Origin: Octopus vulgaris
Lineage: Eukaryota
NCBI GenBank assembly: GCA_951406725.2
Contig: OX597814.1
Coordinates: forward strand, 123,008,001-123,072,000
DNA: 64,000 bases
Direction of reading: 5' to 3'
Shown here piece by piece: positions 1 through 11,852 of this stretch (position 1 is its first letter; each line of letters opens with the position of its first letter). The notes below the pieces were generated by a model, which was not told the origin of the DNA, made no database searches, and saw nothing but the letters and a program-made list of their open reading frames with translations. A program made the position numbers and the translations under genes.

Positions 1-165
1 TAATCACCCCTGCGAGAGATTTGAACTCACAACGTAGAAGTACATACACAAATACCACATGTGTTTTATCCACCGATTTACAGATTTACTTCATTCTTAG
101 CTTGAAATCTTCAGAGCTTGGAGGTTGAGGAAAATATCATGGTATATGTGTTTAGAAAATTAAAT

Positions 166-548
166 AGTGACTGTGTGGTAAGTAGCTTGCTTACCAACCA
201 CATAGTTCCGGGTTCAGTCTCACTGCGTGGCATATTAGGCAAGTGTCTTCTACAGTAGCCTCGGGTCACCAAAGCCTTGTGGGTGGATTTGGTAGACGGA
301 AACTGAAAGAATCCCGTCGTATATATGTATACATGTGTGTGTGTGTCTGTGTTTGTCCCCCCCAATATCGCTTGACAACCTATGCTGGTGTGTTTGCGTC
401 CCCGTAACTTAGCGGTTCGGCAAAAGAGACCGAAAGAATAAGTACTAGGTTTACAAAGAATAAGTCCTGGGGTCGATTTGCTCGACTAAAGGCGGTGCTC
501 CAGCATGGCCGCAGTCAAATGACTGAAACAAGTAAAGGACTAAAAGAC
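166..548 (+). mobile_element. SINE family A (tRNA-like head, CORE-like segment, internal (TA)n/(TG)n, tandem-repeat tail)
   Basis: Head GTGGTAAGTAGCTTGCTTACCAACCAC..CCGGGTTCAGT and tail CAGCATGGCCGCAGTCAAATGACTGAAACAAGTAAA; about 15 other copies or fragments in the window. Confidence 0.85.
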
Positions 549-589
549 TAAAGTGAGACGTTTTCTCAACAAGGCCTCCCAATACTGAT

Positions 590-795
590 TGCAAATTTTG
601 ACACAAGGCCAGCAATTTCCGGAATAGGGATAACTCTATTACTCCAGTTCACAACTGGTACTTATTTTATCGATCCCGAAAAAATGAAAAGTAGAATGAA
701 CCTCGGTGATATTTGAACTTAGAACATAAAGATAGCTGAAATGCCGCTACGCATTTTGACCGGCATGCTGGCGATTTTGCCAGCTCGACGTCTTA
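590..795 (-). mobile_element. SINE family B, diverged copy
   Basis: Reverse complement resembles the GGCGAGCTGGCAGAA..GAGTTCAAATT..TTTCATCCTTTCGGGGTCGATAAA..AGTACCAG family seen at 33888 and 34650. Confidence 0.75.
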
Positions 796-809
796 CATAG
801 GCCTTTGAA

Positions 810-1622
810 TACTAAGATAGGAATTCTCAGTCTTTTCGTTGTTCTTTATTGGTAATTAGGTTTGAAATTCTGATTTGAAATCTGCTGCATTGTAATTACC
901 CTTCTATACGTCCAGAATCGATTAGCTGGAACGACTGAGCTGACAACGTATAAAGCAGAAATAAATTGCTTCAAAATCCTTTTCAGAACCTGTTTTATCA
1001 TTCCGGACAGTGTTCTTGAGAGAAAAATAGGATTTCAAACCAGAAAAAAAAACAAATAAAGAATTCTTTCCAGTGTTTGTATCATTAACAAAAATCTGGT
1101 ATTACCAAATGGTAATAGATGTTGAAATTCCTGTATGATAAAATCACAAAATTGTTTTAACTGTGTTACAGAAACTGCGTATATATGAAAATGTTTGAAG
1201 GCTTTTCGCAGTAAATGGTACAATATCAACTGGTAATAGATCAATAGTTGTTTGGAGACAGTTGTACACAATATATGTGCACCATGGCCAATGCTAGCAA
1301 TGGATCAACTCGATATGGTTGTTAATTGATTACATGAGTTATTCTGTCATTTTTGTTCTGTACCACCAAAAATTGTGCAACAATTTTCTCCACAAAATCT
1401 GAAAACTTATGTCCATCGATCCAACTTTATCAATAACTGAAAGTCAGACATTAGTCAGGAAAACTCAGCATTTCGAGCATCTTCTTGCCTTGCATACCAG
1501 CCACATGGTTCCGGGTTCAGTCCCACAGCGTGATATCTTCGGCAAATGTCTTCTACTATTGCCTCGGGCCGACCAAAGCCTTTTGAGTGGATTTGGTAGG
1601 CAGAAACTGAAAGAAGCCCGTC

Positions 1623-1710
<88 letters not shown>

Positions 1711-2410
1711 TTGTGTGTGTCTGTGTTTGTCCCCCCAGCATCGCTTGACAACCGATGCTTGTGTGTTTACGTTCCCGTAACTTAGAGGTTCGGCAAAAGA
1801 GACCGATAGAATAAGTACTAGGCTTACAAAGAATAAGTCCTGGGGTCGATTTGCTCGACTAAAGACGGTGCACCAGCATGGCTATAGTCAAATGACTGAA
1901 ACAAATAAAAGAATAAAAGAATAAAAGAATATTGCTGTTGACCAGGAATAATGCAGAGTATCATTTTGGCAACTTTTCTTTCGAGGCATCCATAGTAATT
2001 TACTCCTGTTATGTTTTTCGCAAACTCAGATTTAACCATTAGTGCAATTATATGCAAAATGACGACAACGACTTCACATTTTCTCCGCGAGAGATGAAAC
2101 TTATACCCAAAATGCTTTGAGACGAATTTTAGTAAACAGCTGGATGTTCTGAAACTCTAGTTATGAGAAACAGTATGAAAAACAAAGGTTTTTCTTTACT
2201 AGTAATGAGAAGCTCCTATCAACTTATTTCTGACTTTTTAAAAAGTATCTAATCGTGATAAAATAGCAATGACATTCGTTTTATACCTTTTTGATAGCGA
2301 AAAAGAATTCATTCACCTGCTTCTATGCGCTCTGCAAAACAGTACTTCCATTTTACGGTCCTCACAAAGCTTTCTTGTAAAAGGTTGAACCTTCTTAAAT
2401 TTTTTCCTTA
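810..2410 (-). pseudogene. Decayed hAT-superfamily transposase, interrupted by a SINE A at ~1495-1925
   Basis: Manual minus-strand translation across frameshifts gives ordered blocks HTVSHN*SFRTSSC, SRRKCE, MDAS, FCGENCCTIFGG, IGHGAHI-YNCLQTTIDLLPVDI, FKHFHIYAVSVTQLKQFCD, GNTRFL, GLKSYF-SQEHCP, resembling hAT catalytic D, CxxH and TR(W/F) motifs. Confidence 0.7.
1495..1925 (+). mobile_element. SINE family A, 5'-eroded
   Basis: Matches family body and ends in (ATAAAAGA)n. Confidence 0.85.
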
Positions 2411-3364
2411 TAAAAACACTCTTTTCGATATTTTAAAAATAAATCAAAACATTTTTGATGAATTAATATCAGAGATAAAGCGAAGTATAAAATATGAAAT
2501 ATCACAATCGGGTTATGCACTTGCATGTAAAACTGCAACGCCATGACTCCAGAACAAATGTACAGAAATTTACGTTGAAAGAAAAATATGTAGCTCACGT
2601 CGGTAATGAAATATGGTACATTAAATTGTCTCTGAAGCAACGAAAAAAGTCTATTGTTACTCAATTCAAAAGTCCGTGCTTACAGCATGTGCGTGCAAGG
2701 CAAAAGAAAATCAATTGTGATTACTAACAGAAGAGCAAGTATATGTTTCTATAAATGAGTTTAGTTGTCGAAAATCCAACAGTTTTGTGTAACTATCTTA
2801 GCTTAGTTGAGATAAAATGAAAGAAAGACAAAAATACCGAAAGAGTTAGAAAAGATATATCGGTTAGTTCTTGACGTTGACATGTCGGAGCTTCTCAAGC
2901 AGCTTTGATAAGTTGTCGCTGGACGAGCTGAATCGCCCAATTTCTTGCAATTTCCTTATTTCAACAGCTTTTAACGTGAGAACAGGACCTATCAGAGAAT
3001 TCTATCGTCTCTCGCAGCCCGAGAAAAATCCTTGTCACTTGGCTTAATAGAAGTTATCTGGTTTTCAATTACCATCAATTTTTTACGTCGGAATAATACC
3101 GAAAATTTGGTGTTTGCGTTTAACTGAAGCAATATGCTTTAGTTTAAATTCCTGGTCAGGTTTCTCTTAGTGATTTTTCTGTCAACAAAGATGAAAATCA
3201 TAAAAGGCAGCATTTTTCCAGATTTCTGGAGAATTAGGGCAGAATTTCAAATTCACCACGTCCCTAAACAAAGACAATACTGGTCAAGTCGAAATGTATG
3301 GTAAAACTAAGATATATATATATATATATATATATATAACTTAGGATCCTATCTGAGGTTCATA

Positions 3365-3400
<36 letters not shown>

Positions 3401-3410
3401 TGTATGTATG

Positions 3411-3461
<51 letters not shown>

Positions 3462-3510
3462 GCATGTATTTATATATACATATATATATATTAAGATCCT
3501 ATCTAGGCTC

Positions 3511-3554
<44 letters not shown>

Positions 3555-3792
3555 TAAGGGTAGAAATTGATATTTATCAATTAAGACCAGTGGTCTAGCA
3601 TATTAAAAAAGAATCCGAAGATTAAAATATTTATATATACCAATTAAGGACTGAACACGAAAAGTGGACAGTCAACATGCTAGATATAGACGTCAAATCG
3701 TCATTCACCACAAAAGATTATGTTCTCAGATCAAACTCAACACAAAACCATAGCAATAAACAAGTGAAAAATATACGAAATAAAATAATTAC

Positions 3793-3857
3793 CCATGTAC
3801 TAACTTAGTTTCAGCTGTTATTTTCCGCAAGGAAAACTGCAGCCATCATCAGCATGG
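3793..3857 (-). ncRNA. Type I hammerhead ribozyme (inverted copy)
   Basis: Exact reverse complement of 4636-4700. Confidence 0.8.
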
Positions 3858-4635
3858 TCCGTTATAAATGTAATTTGCTGGACTAGATGCAAACACGATA
3901 CCGAAATATCGCGTGCATGGAGTTCAGCCTATTACATTTGAATATATCTTTCAAATGCCTTTACTTTGGCGCGTTGAAACCCGAGAAAACCAGCCTGCAG
4001 CTAATAATTAGCAGCAGTTAATTTATCGGTTAGAGAACATATTTATTTATATAAAATTAATTAAGGGTAGAAATTGATATTTATCAATTAAGACCAGTGG
4101 TCTAGCATATTAAAAAAGAATCCGAAGATTAAAATATTTATATATACCAATTAAGGACTGAACACGAAAAGTGGACAGTCAACATGCTAGATATAGACGT
4201 CAAATCGTCATTCACCACAAAAGATTATGTTCTCAGATCAAACTCAACACAAAACCATATTTCGGTATCTTTTGTGGTGAATGACGATTTGACGTCTATA
4301 TCTAGCATGTTGACTGTCCACTTTTCGTGTTCAGTCCTTAATTGGTATATATAAATATTTTAATCTTCGGATTCTTTTTTTAATATGCTAGACCACTGGT
4401 CTTAATTGATAAATATCAATTTCTACCCTTAATTAATTTTATATAAATAAATATGTTCTCTAACCGATAAATTAACTGCTGCTAATTATTAGCTGCAGGC
4501 TGGTTTTCTCGGGTTTCAACGCGCCAAAGTAAAGGCATTTGAAAGATATATTCAAATGTAATAGGCTGAACTCCATGCACGCGATATTTCGGTATCGTGT
4601 TTGCATCTAGTCCAGCAAATTACATTTATAACGGA

Positions 4636-4700
4636 CCATGCTGATGATGGCTGCAGTTTTCCTTGCGGAAAATAACAGCTGAAACTAAGTTAGTACATGG
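4636..4700 (+). ncRNA. Type I hammerhead ribozyme
   Basis: CCATG-CTGATGA-T-GGCTG.cag.TTTTCC-ttgc-GGAAAA.taa.CAGCT-GAAA-CTAA-g-TTAG-TA-CATGG: stem I, intact core, stem II, short stem III, GUA site. Confidence 0.8.
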
Positions 4701-4877
4701 GTAATTATTTTATTTCGTATATTTTTCACTTGTTTATTGCTATGGTTTTGTGTTGAGTTTGATCTGAGAACATAATCTTTTGTGGTGAATGACGATTTGA
4801 CGTCTATATCTAGGATGTTGACTGTCCAATTTTCGTGTTCAGTCCTTAATTGGTATATATATATATATATATATATA

Positions 4878-5120
4878 AAGATCCTCTCTGAGGCTCGGCT
4901 CATAGGGCCGACTTCCAGGTTTCCATGGCGTATATATTCCCCACTGGACGGAGACGCCAGTCCGTCTCAGGATTACACATTTTTCCCAGCTATGTAGACT
5001 AGGGCAACAGGAAATGAAGTTTCTTGCTCAAGAGCGCAACGCGTCGCCCTGTCCGGGAATCGAAACCACAATGTTACGATCATCTGCCCAATACCCTCAT
5101 CACTAAGCCAATGCGCCTCC
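4878..5120 (-). mobile_element. SINE family C variant (tRNA-derived head)
   Basis: Minus strand GGAGGCGCATTGGCTTAGTGA..GGTTTCGATTCCCGGAC..CTTGAGCAAG gives A/B-box-like motifs and the conserved central motif. Confidence 0.7.
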
Positions 5121-5519
5121 AAGCAAACACACACACGCACACACATACATACATGCACACACAAACACGCACACACAAACACACACACACAAACATACAA
5201 ACACACGCGCACATATATACACACACACATACAGGCACTCACACATACTCATATGCTTACGTGTGTCTGTGTATGCATTTTATGCGTGTCTGTATGTGTG
5301 TGTGTCTGTAATTGTTCTGCACTGCCGACCGGTGTTGGTTTATTTTCTTCCATCTAAAAGCCAACGGTGGGAAGTATCATATTTTAAAAGACTAGGTACT
5401 TGAGTCAATTAACCCCTTCAATGCGGCGTAAAAGTCAGGTAGAAGATAAAAGATATCTGTGTGTGTGTGTGTGTGTGTCTGTGTAATATAAATATTTGCA
5501 TTGCATATGTACATATCCA

Positions 5520-5562
<43 letters not shown>

Positions 5563-5563
<1 letters not shown>

Positions 5564-5720
5564 CGACGGGCTTCTTACAGTTTCCGTCTACTAAATCCTG
5601 TCTTTGGTCAGCCTGAGGCAATAGTAGAAGGCACTTGCTCAAGGTGCCATGCAATGAGACCGAACCCGGAACCATGTGGTTGGTAAGCAAGCCACTTACT
5701 AAACAGCCGCGCTAGCGCTA
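5563..5720 (-). mobile_element. SINE family A, 5' half, diverged
   Basis: ACGACGGGCTTCTT..CCCGGAACCATGTGGTTGGTAAGCAAG. Confidence 0.75.
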
Positions 5721-5782
5721 TACACACACACACACACACACACTCACACACACACATACACACACACGCATACTTATGTATG

Positions 5783-5814
<32 letters not shown>

Positions 5815-5906
5815 CGTATATATGTGTATATATACATGTGAATACATATGTATAAGTATACATTTATATTATGCATATATATGCTTATATATACATATAT
5901 ATATAC

Positions 5907-5993
<87 letters not shown>

Positions 5994-5994
<1 letters not shown>

Positions 5995-6663
5995 TAGTTG
6001 GAAACAGATCTTCTGTGGTTGCTTCGGAGCTATTTTTAGCACTAGAGTTATCCACATAGTGGATAACTCTCTAATAATTTATGTATAAATTTGTATTTTC
6101 TCCGTAGTTTTTTGTGCTAAGCCACTTGGTGTTAAATTGATGGTATTATTAAATTAATATCGATTTTTCACCCTCACTTATAATTTTATAAATTTAACTA
6201 TGCGGCAGTCAATATTTGATGCGGCATACGTTTCCAATGGAGTCTAGGCATGCTTTTGGCGCGGAATTTGAGACATAACTAAAAATGTAATTGGTTGGAC
6301 CGCTCGTGTTTTTTGACGCTCGAATCGATCTAATTAATTGGATTTCTGACAAACTCTACCGAAGATTTATGGATGCAAGTGTAAGTAAAACTACATATTG
6401 CATTAGTAATGAAACAATTGTATAGAGTCAATCTATTTTATTCGTTGTATTTCACTTTGCTTCAGTTAAATGTATGTTGATTCTAGTTGGAAACAGATCT
6501 TCTTTGGTTGCTTCGGAGCTATTTTTAGCACTAGAGTTATCCACATAGTGGATAACTCTCTAATAATTTATGTATAAATTTGTATTTTCTCCGTAGTCTT
6601 TGTGCTAAGCCACTTGGTGTTAAATTGATGGTATTATTAAATTAATATCGATTTTTCACCCTC

Positions 6664-6667
<4 letters not shown>
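5994..6667 (+). mobile_element. Second Penelope-like/retrozyme element: 489-bp unit as a ~1.4-mer, inside (TA)n
   Basis: ~185-bp direct repeat at 5994 and 6483; HHR at 6353-6428; 3' end ATATCGATTTTTCACCCT resembles ATATCAATTTCTACCCT of the 507-bp element. Confidence 0.75.
6353..6428 (+). ncRNA. Type I hammerhead ribozyme, CCGAAGA core variant with long stem II
   Basis: ACTCTA-CCGAAGA-T-TTAT.g.GATGCAA-GTGTA-loop-TACAT.a.TTGCATT.a.GTAA-T-GAAA-CAATTG-TA-TAGAGT; 6-bp stem I, palindromic stem III. Confidence 0.75.
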
Positions 6668-6712
<45 letters not shown>

Positions 6713-6713
<1 letters not shown>

Positions 6714-6896
6714 CGGGAAGCTTACGAAAATAAACAAAAGATGAAGGCAAGTGGAGTACAAACAAAGAATTGTATTAGTATGGCGCTCAGGAATAGAAAT
6801 AAAACAAGTCTTTTACGTTTCGAGCCCACGCTCTTCAACAGAAAGATACACAGAAGAGAAACACGGAGAGAAACAAGGAGAGAAAAAAAGGAGAGA

Positions 6897-6900
<4 letters not shown>
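6713..6900 (-). mobile_element. Short (TA)n-flanked insert with minimal HHR at 6809-6846 (CTGTTGA core variant)
   Basis: Minus strand TCTTT-CTGTTGA-A-GAGC-gtgg-GCTC-GAAA-CG-TA-AAAGA; related to inserts at 37625 and 56402. Confidence 0.65.
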
Positions 6901-6951
<51 letters not shown>

Positions 6952-7028
6952 ATATATAAAAATTCATATGTATATGTATACATTTATATTATGCATATAT
7001 ATATATATATATATATACATTTATATTT

Positions 7029-7075
<47 letters not shown>

Positions 7076-7135
7076 ATATATAAAAATACATATGTATATG
7101 CATACATATATACACGGATATATATACATATATAT

Positions 7136-7312
7136 AGGAGTGGCTGTATGGTAAGTAGCTTGCTTACGAACCACTTGGTTCCGGGTTCAGTCCCACTGCA
7201 TGGCACCTTGGGAAAGGGTCTTCTACTATAGCCTCGGGCCGAACAAAGCCTTGTGAGTGGATTTGGTAGACGGAAACAGAAAGGATCCCGCCGTATATAT
7301 ATACATGTGTGT

Positions 7313-7391
<79 letters not shown>

Positions 7392-7590
7392 CGTGTCTGT
7401 GTTTGTTTGTGTGTCTGTGTTTGTTTGGTGGTGTGTTTACGTCACCGCAACTTAGCGGTTTGGCAAATGAGACCGATAGAATAAGTACTAGGCTTACAAA
7501 GAATAAGTCCTGGGATCGATTTGCTCGACTAAAGGTCGTGCTCCAGCATGGCTATAGTCAAATGACTGAAACAAGTAAAAGAGTAAAGAG
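7136..7590 (+). mobile_element. SINE family A, near full length
   Basis: AGGAGTGGCTGTATGGTAAG head, CACCTTGGGAAG, internal (TG)n, GTAAAAGA tail. Confidence 0.9.
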
Positions 7591-7774
7591 TATATATACA
7601 GGTGCAGGTTCGTGTGTCAAATAGCTAGCTAGAGGCGATGGCCTCTTGGAGCTAATCAGCGACAGCTTTAGTCTTATATTTATAGACTACCATATTAGTA
7701 TGGCGATAACTATTAATATCCAGTAACGCTGCCGTAATCTCCTTGAGAGAGACTTGGTAATTTTAATATTTCTA

Positions 7775-7819
<45 letters not shown>

Positions 7820-8077
7820 TTCGTGTATAATTGTATGAATAAACAATATTTTTATCATCACTACTACTACTAATATTACTACAACTACCACTACTACTAC
7901 CACCACTCCTAGTATTATTATCACTACTTCAAGTGCAGATATTATTATTATCACCATCATCATCATCACCATCATCATTATTTAAATAAATCAGAAATGC
8001 CTCTGTTAAACTGGAATCTCGCTGAAGGGCTTGATTAGACTCCCAAGAGATGTTACATCTCTTTTACTAACCAAAAC

Positions 8078-8108
<31 letters not shown>

Positions 8109-8168
8109 CATACATACATACATACATACATACATACATACATACATACATTACATACATACATATCT

Positions 8169-8512
8169 CAAGTGTAAATATAACAGGACGGATATTGTTG
8201 TTTAGGATAAACAAGAAAAAAGTATGTACCGTCCTAGAGGTCAGATGTCTTGCTGATTTGAATATCTCTTTGAAAATCAAAAAGAAAGAGGATAATTATG
8301 GATAACCGCTGCGAAACCCGCAGCTTCTGTATCCAGATTAGGAATTTACATTTATACCAATAGTACCTGCTGCACTTGGTTTTTCTGAGTAAATGCCTAA
8401 GCGACAACATGCATAAGCTTGGGTTTTCAGAAAAAGAAGTGAACTGATTCGGACATTACAAATATAATCTGAAAGTGGTACAGTAAAAATATGCAAGAAT
8501 TTTCTCAAGTTA
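8169..8512 (+). pseudogene. 3' fragment of an R4/Dong-like non-LTR retrotransposon (restriction-like endonuclease domain)
   Basis: KCKYNRTDIVV*DK..CTVLEV..KKEDNYG..FIPIVPAALG..SGTVKICKNFLK with stops and frameshifts; abuts (TACA)n. Confidence 0.7.
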
Positions 8513-8792
8513 AAAAAAGTGACTATTTTTGTAACACCGATAGAATTTCGTATTGTTGTTAGAAACGAGCTCCTTTCTCACAGGAAAAAGTTAAATAATT
8601 AAATAATTAATAGCTACTGGCTTTGCTACAGCTGACAAAAGTACTTAGATACGGCAGCTGAGAGACTCACGAATATTTGATCTCAAACCTCACACTTGTA
8701 TGCAAAAGGAGACTGGTTATCTCCGATGTTATAAACATTTCAGGGGCCATATTACAAGATAGTAGTCTATTTGTTTGTGCTTCCTCTCTTTC

Positions 8793-9671
8793 TCTCTTAC
8801 TTGTTTCAGTCATTTGACTGCGGCCATGCTGGAGTACCACCTTTAGACGAGCAAATCAACCCCAGGACTTATTCTTTGTAAGCTCAATACTTATTCTATC
8901 GGTTTCTTTTGCCGAACCGCTAAGTTACGGGGACGTAAACACACTAGCATCGGTTGTCAAGCGATGTTGGGGGACAAACACAGACACACAAACATACCCA
9001 CACACACACACATACACACACACACACACATACACACACACACACACTTAATATATATATATATATATATATATATACTAGCAGCATAAGCCGGCGTTGC
9101 CCGGGTATGTAAGAGCCCCTAGTAGGCAACGACTAATCCCAATCTAGTCCTTTCCCTCTAGGGAACGAAGGCGCATGTGTAGGTTGCAATGTCTTCTCTT
9201 CACTCGAATACTTCTGTGTATACAATGTTCCTAGCTGTCCCTAGCTGTCGAGTTGTATCCCCAAGACAGAAAATGTGTTGCATATAAAAAGCTTAGATTC
9301 TCGACCCCATGTCGAATTTATAGATTCTTTTCAGAACTGGGGGAACTTTTCAAAATTTTGGCTGCATTAGTTTTGAATTATGACATTGGGCTATGTGTGT
9401 GTCAAGTTTCATCAGAATCGGTTGAAAGCCGTGGTCAGAGTGAGGGTACAACCTGACAGACACACAGACACACAGACAGACAAACTGCCGTTTATATAGA
9501 GAGAGATATACGACGGGCTTCTTTCAGTTTCCGTCTACACAATCCACTCACAAGGCTTTGGTCGGCTCGAAGCTATAGTAGAACACACTTGCTCAAGCCG
9601 CCACGAAGTAGGACTGCACCCGGAACCATGTGGTTGGTAAGCAAGCTATTTACCACACAGCCACTCCTGCG
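8793..9671 (-). mobile_element. SINE family A split by a Helitron inserted in its internal (TA)n
   Basis: 3' half 8793-~9000 and 5' half 9510-9671 are collinear. Confidence 0.85.
9078..9506 (-). mobile_element. Non-autonomous Helitron (429 bp)
   Basis: Minus strand starts TC(TCTCTCTATATAAACGGCAG), ends with GC-rich hairpin CCGGGCAACGCCGG then CTAG; inserted between A and T, no TSD. Confidence 0.8.
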
Positions 9672-10569
9672 TTTATTTTAATCCATTAACTCATTGTCAT
9701 TTCTTTTAAGCAATCCGCTGGTTATGTCCGAGGGCCTACAGCAGCAAGAGACACTAATGTAACCCATAATTTCTTACTGGATAATCAACGCACACAAAAA
9801 AAGATAATTTATTTTACGAACATATTTTTTATGATGCAATGAGTTTCGATCAACAGAACATAAATCTATGAATTATAGGTCTATGAAGCATTGAATTAAA
9901 GAAAAATGCTCGATATATTTACAATAATGACTAAAAACTGGATTTAGTCACATTTTCTAATATACGGATGGAATTTAGTTGAAATACATGTCCATTATTA
10001 ACGTGAAAGAACTATTCCCGAAATCTAAAACTTTTGCATTATTGATATCTCTCTATTTAGACTGATCCACACAATGGGTGCTACATATACTTTTGCATCG
10101 ATAAAACTATAATCAAAGATGCTACGAACGGAGAGAAAGTAACCAAAGCATATTCGACAAAAGAAAAATATGACAGCCGGAGCTTTTCTCGAACAATAAT
10201 TTTCTCTAAAAATACTACAAATAACGTTCGGGATGCTTAGGTGTAGAGTAAACCCGAAAGGTTCTAACATTAGCGGCAGGCTTCCACAGAAATGAGTCGT
10301 GGCAGACTCATTACTTAGAAGAAGAGAGTGACTGCTGACACCTTTTGAATGCAGTTTGACATTAGACAGCTTTTTCTAAATGGCCTCAAAAGGAAATTAC
10401 ATCAACCGAGTGTTTAAAAAGGAAGTGTATAACACCCTGCTGTTCGATAGTGTGCACTTTAGAAAGCACTTGCTTTCTGATGACCACCCACGTTACCTCG
10501 GCAGTGCAGGTCTAGCATACCTAGAAATACGCTGATTATCACACATATGCTATAAACAGGAGAATGATA

Positions 10570-11175
10570 TTGGTTTCAAATTTTGGCATAAGGCCAGCAA
10601 GTTTAAGGGAGAGGTAAATAGATTACACCGACCTCAGTGTTCAACTGGTATTTATTTAATCGACTCCGAAAGTATGAAAGGCAAAGTCAACCTCGGCGAA
10701 ATTTGAACTCAGAACGTAAAGACGGACGAAATGCCGCTAAGTTTTCTGCCCGGCGTGCTACGATTCTTTTCTACTCTAGGCACAAGGCCCGAAATTTTGG
10801 GGGAGAGGGCCAGTCGATTATATCAACCCCAGTACGCAACAGGTACTTAATTTATCGACCCCGAAAGGATGAAAGGCAAAGTCGACCTCGGCGGAATTTG
10901 AACTTAGAACGTAAAGACGGACGAAATGCCGCTAAGTTTTCTGCCCGGCGTGCTACGATTCTTTTCTACTCTAGGCACGAGGCCCGAAATTTTGGGGGAA
11001 AGGGCCAGTCTATTATATAAACCCCAGTACGCAACTAGTACTTAATTTATCGACCCCGAAAGGATGAACGGCAAAGTCGACCTCGGCGGAATTTGAACTC
11101 AGAACGTAAAGACGTACGAAATGCCGCTAAATATTCTGCCAGGCGTGCTGACGATTCTGCCAGCTCGCAGCCTTC
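10570..11175 (-). mobile_element. SINE family B, head-to-tail trimer (period 195 bp)
   Basis: GTTTTCTGCCCGGCGTGCTACGATTC at 10741 and 10936; three copies of GAAAGGATGAAAGGCAAAGTCGACCTCGGCGGAATTTGAAC-like core. Confidence 0.85.
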
Positions 11176-11329
11176 CAGGAGGATAATATTAATCTGAAGT
11201 GTAGCCTCTTTTGGACTTGAGTGCACTATTTTACGTCACATCTCTAAGATTACGCTTTCACAATCCAAAAGCAGTAGTTAACAACACAATATCTCATGAA
11301 CAAACAAGACAGTAAAGCCCCTTAATTCC

Positions 11330-11852
11330 CAAGATGCAACCATATATCTCGATTATGTCACTTTTCAGTAGGCATAACACTTGCAATATAAGGTATTGTT
11401 ACTGAAACAATATATGATGTTATCTGCAGAAAAGACTTTCTTAGAATAACTATAAACAACAAGTCTGTTATTGAATACATACATATCAATACATGGTGGG
11501 ACATTTCCATTAAATCTTCTACGAAGTGCAAATATAACAGACCCGACATAGTTATTTGAGACGATGGAGAAAAATCATGTATAGTCATAGACTATATGAA
11601 CAGCGCCTCTAAAATCGTTGAAAAGAAGAACATTTATGGACAACGTCTCCGAAACCTGCATTTCCTTTACCTTGATTATATATTCACTTTAATACAAATT
11701 ATTTTTAATGCATTTGTTTATGTTCGTAAATGACTAAGAGACAATCTTACAAATCTTGGATTTCCAAGCAATGAAATAACATGAGCTTTACAAATATAAT
11801 CTGTTAGTGGAACAGCAAAAATATGCGAGACTTCTCTAAAGTTCAACATGTA
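11330..11852 (+). pseudogene. Second R4/Dong-like endonuclease-domain remnant
   Basis: WWDISIKSSTKCKYNRPDIVI*D..CIVID..EKKNIYG..LGF..SGTAKICETSLKF from 11494; homologous to 8169-8512. Confidence 0.7.

Larger units (their letters stand above)
3543..4858. mobile_element. Non-autonomous Penelope-like/retrozyme element: 507-bp unit as a 1.4-mer on minus plus an inverted 1.2-mer on plus, inside (TA)n
   Basis: Direct repeat 3545 vs 4052 (period 507); ~590-bp inverted repeat 3633-4225 / 4267-4858; one HHR in each arm; no meaningful ORF. Confidence 0.75.
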
